From: Candidatus Komeilibacteria bacterium | GTDB taxonomy: Bacteria; Patescibacteriota; Patescibacteriia; UBA1558 | Length of the DNA stretch: 55,111 bases | Direction: 5' to 3' | Assembly: GCA_048538275.1 (NCBI GenBank) | Contig: JBLYPW010000001.1 | Span: 431,928-487,038 of the forward strand | Shown here: positions 54,533 to 55,111 of the stretch, one piece after another | Layout of the letters: every line of letters begins with the position of its first letter | How positions within the stretch are numbered: position 1 is the first letter of the stretch | Program-made: the position numbers and the translations under genes | Notes under the pieces: generated by a model | Database searches by the model: none | What the model saw: only the letters and a program-made list of their open reading frames with translations | Told to the model about the DNA's origin: nothing

Positions 54533-54969
54533 AAGCCTAAGAGGGCTGATAAGCCGAATTCTGTCCCTTTATCCAAAGACAAAGGTGATGATCATCTATC
54601 TAGCCGCCACATTGCTGCGACGATCAATAGCGTTCAACCCGTCTCTGCCCAAGGCAGAGAACCTACTTGAACTTGCACCGAGTAGAAGTTTACCTAGCCG
54701 ACTATGTCACCATAATCGCTGGTGGTCTCTTACCAGCTCAACCCACAGGCCGACTGATTCCCGTCTGGGAATACCACCGTTTCACCCATCACCCAGCTGC
54801 TGTTAAGCGACTGGGCTGGTCTATTCTCTGTTGCACTTGTCCTCTATCGCTAAAAACAATAGGGTCGGTGTTACCGACTACCCACACCGTTATAAAAACG
54901 GCGCAAAAATGGTGTTCGGACTTTCCTCTCATCCTCATGAATGAGCGATCATCTTGCCCTCTTAAGCTT
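54533..54969 (-). ncRNA. rnpB: RNase P RNA, bacterial type A
   Basis: Minus strand carries GAGGAAAGTCCGAAC, GGGTGAAACGGTGG, GGTAAGAGACCACCAGC, GGTAAAC...GGTGCAAG and ACAGAATTCGGCTTATC. The 5' AAGCTTAAGAGGGC pairs with the 3' GCCCTCTTAGGCTT (P1). Upstream TTGACA (54998-55003), 18 nt, TATATT (54974-54979). T-tract after the 3' end. Confidence 0.9.
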
Positions 54970-55111
54970 TGTTAATATACTATAAATTAGCTACTTTTGT
55001 CAATCCTTGTAGCATTGCAGCGAAAGGTTTACACTGGCTAGCTTGTTTAGCTTCTGTATAGGTGTTAAGCCATCCATACCAAGGCCTCTATGCCTCTTTT
55101 GGTAGTTATAA

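Noticed and set aside
54471-54975. Two plus-strand ORFs of 111 and 102 aa.
   Set aside because: They are covered by the minus-strand RNase P RNA.
1-55111. Alternative genetic code (UGA recoding as in some CPR lineages) and tRNA or rRNA genes.
   Set aside because: Long ORFs are intact under code 11 and pyrG ends on TGA at its normal C-terminus. I saw no T-loop/acceptor patterns or rRNA-like segments in the intergenic regions, though scanning by eye is not exhaustive.

Overview
55.1-kb fragment, transcribed almost entirely on the minus strand. Gene content suggests a small-genome Candidate Phyla Radiation (Patescibacteria)-like bacterium; this is inference from content, not a search. TGA is a stop codon (pyrG ends on TGA at its canonical C-terminus), so the standard code 11 applies.

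Core genes:
- pyrG, rplI, an S41 protease and murA.
- A large envelope-glycosylation locus (6.1-18.4 kb): GT-C, GT4, GT2, DUF2304, UDP-xylose synthase and GtrA.
- An S8 protease.
- ECF sigma / DUF5667 / a 1353-aa surface protein.
- The archaeal-type AMP salvage trio: AMP phosphorylase, form III-like RuBisCO and ribose-1,5-bisphosphate isomerase.
- A VirD4/HerA-like ATPase with a membrane partner.
- secDF.
- A second polysaccharide locus (three GT4 plus a polyprenyl-phosphate sugar transferase).
- A type A RNase P RNA. The ORF track covers it with false ORFs.

Accessory content (20.3-27.5 kb): a GIY-YIG nuclease, a MazF-like toxin, HigBA, a RhuM-Doc fusion and small secreted proteins.

Most notable unexplained structure:
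1. A modular family of palindromic repeats forms eight intergenic mosaic clusters.
2. One composite hairpin module of that family carries the GIY-YIG gene in its loop position.
3. Two ~290-bp inverted copies of a mosaic cluster bracket a 5.2-kb segment. It holds RuBisCO, AMP phosphorylase, an IS200-like Y1 (RAYT-like) transposase, an excisionase-type HTH gene and four tandem promoter/structured-RNA/terminator units.
4. The Y1 transposase gene carries an in-frame 42/45-nt minisatellite built on a GTAG-containing motif and ending in a 30-bp perfect palindrome.
5. SecD carries a parvulin-like insertion.

All calls come from reading the sequence and translations by eye. No database search was run.
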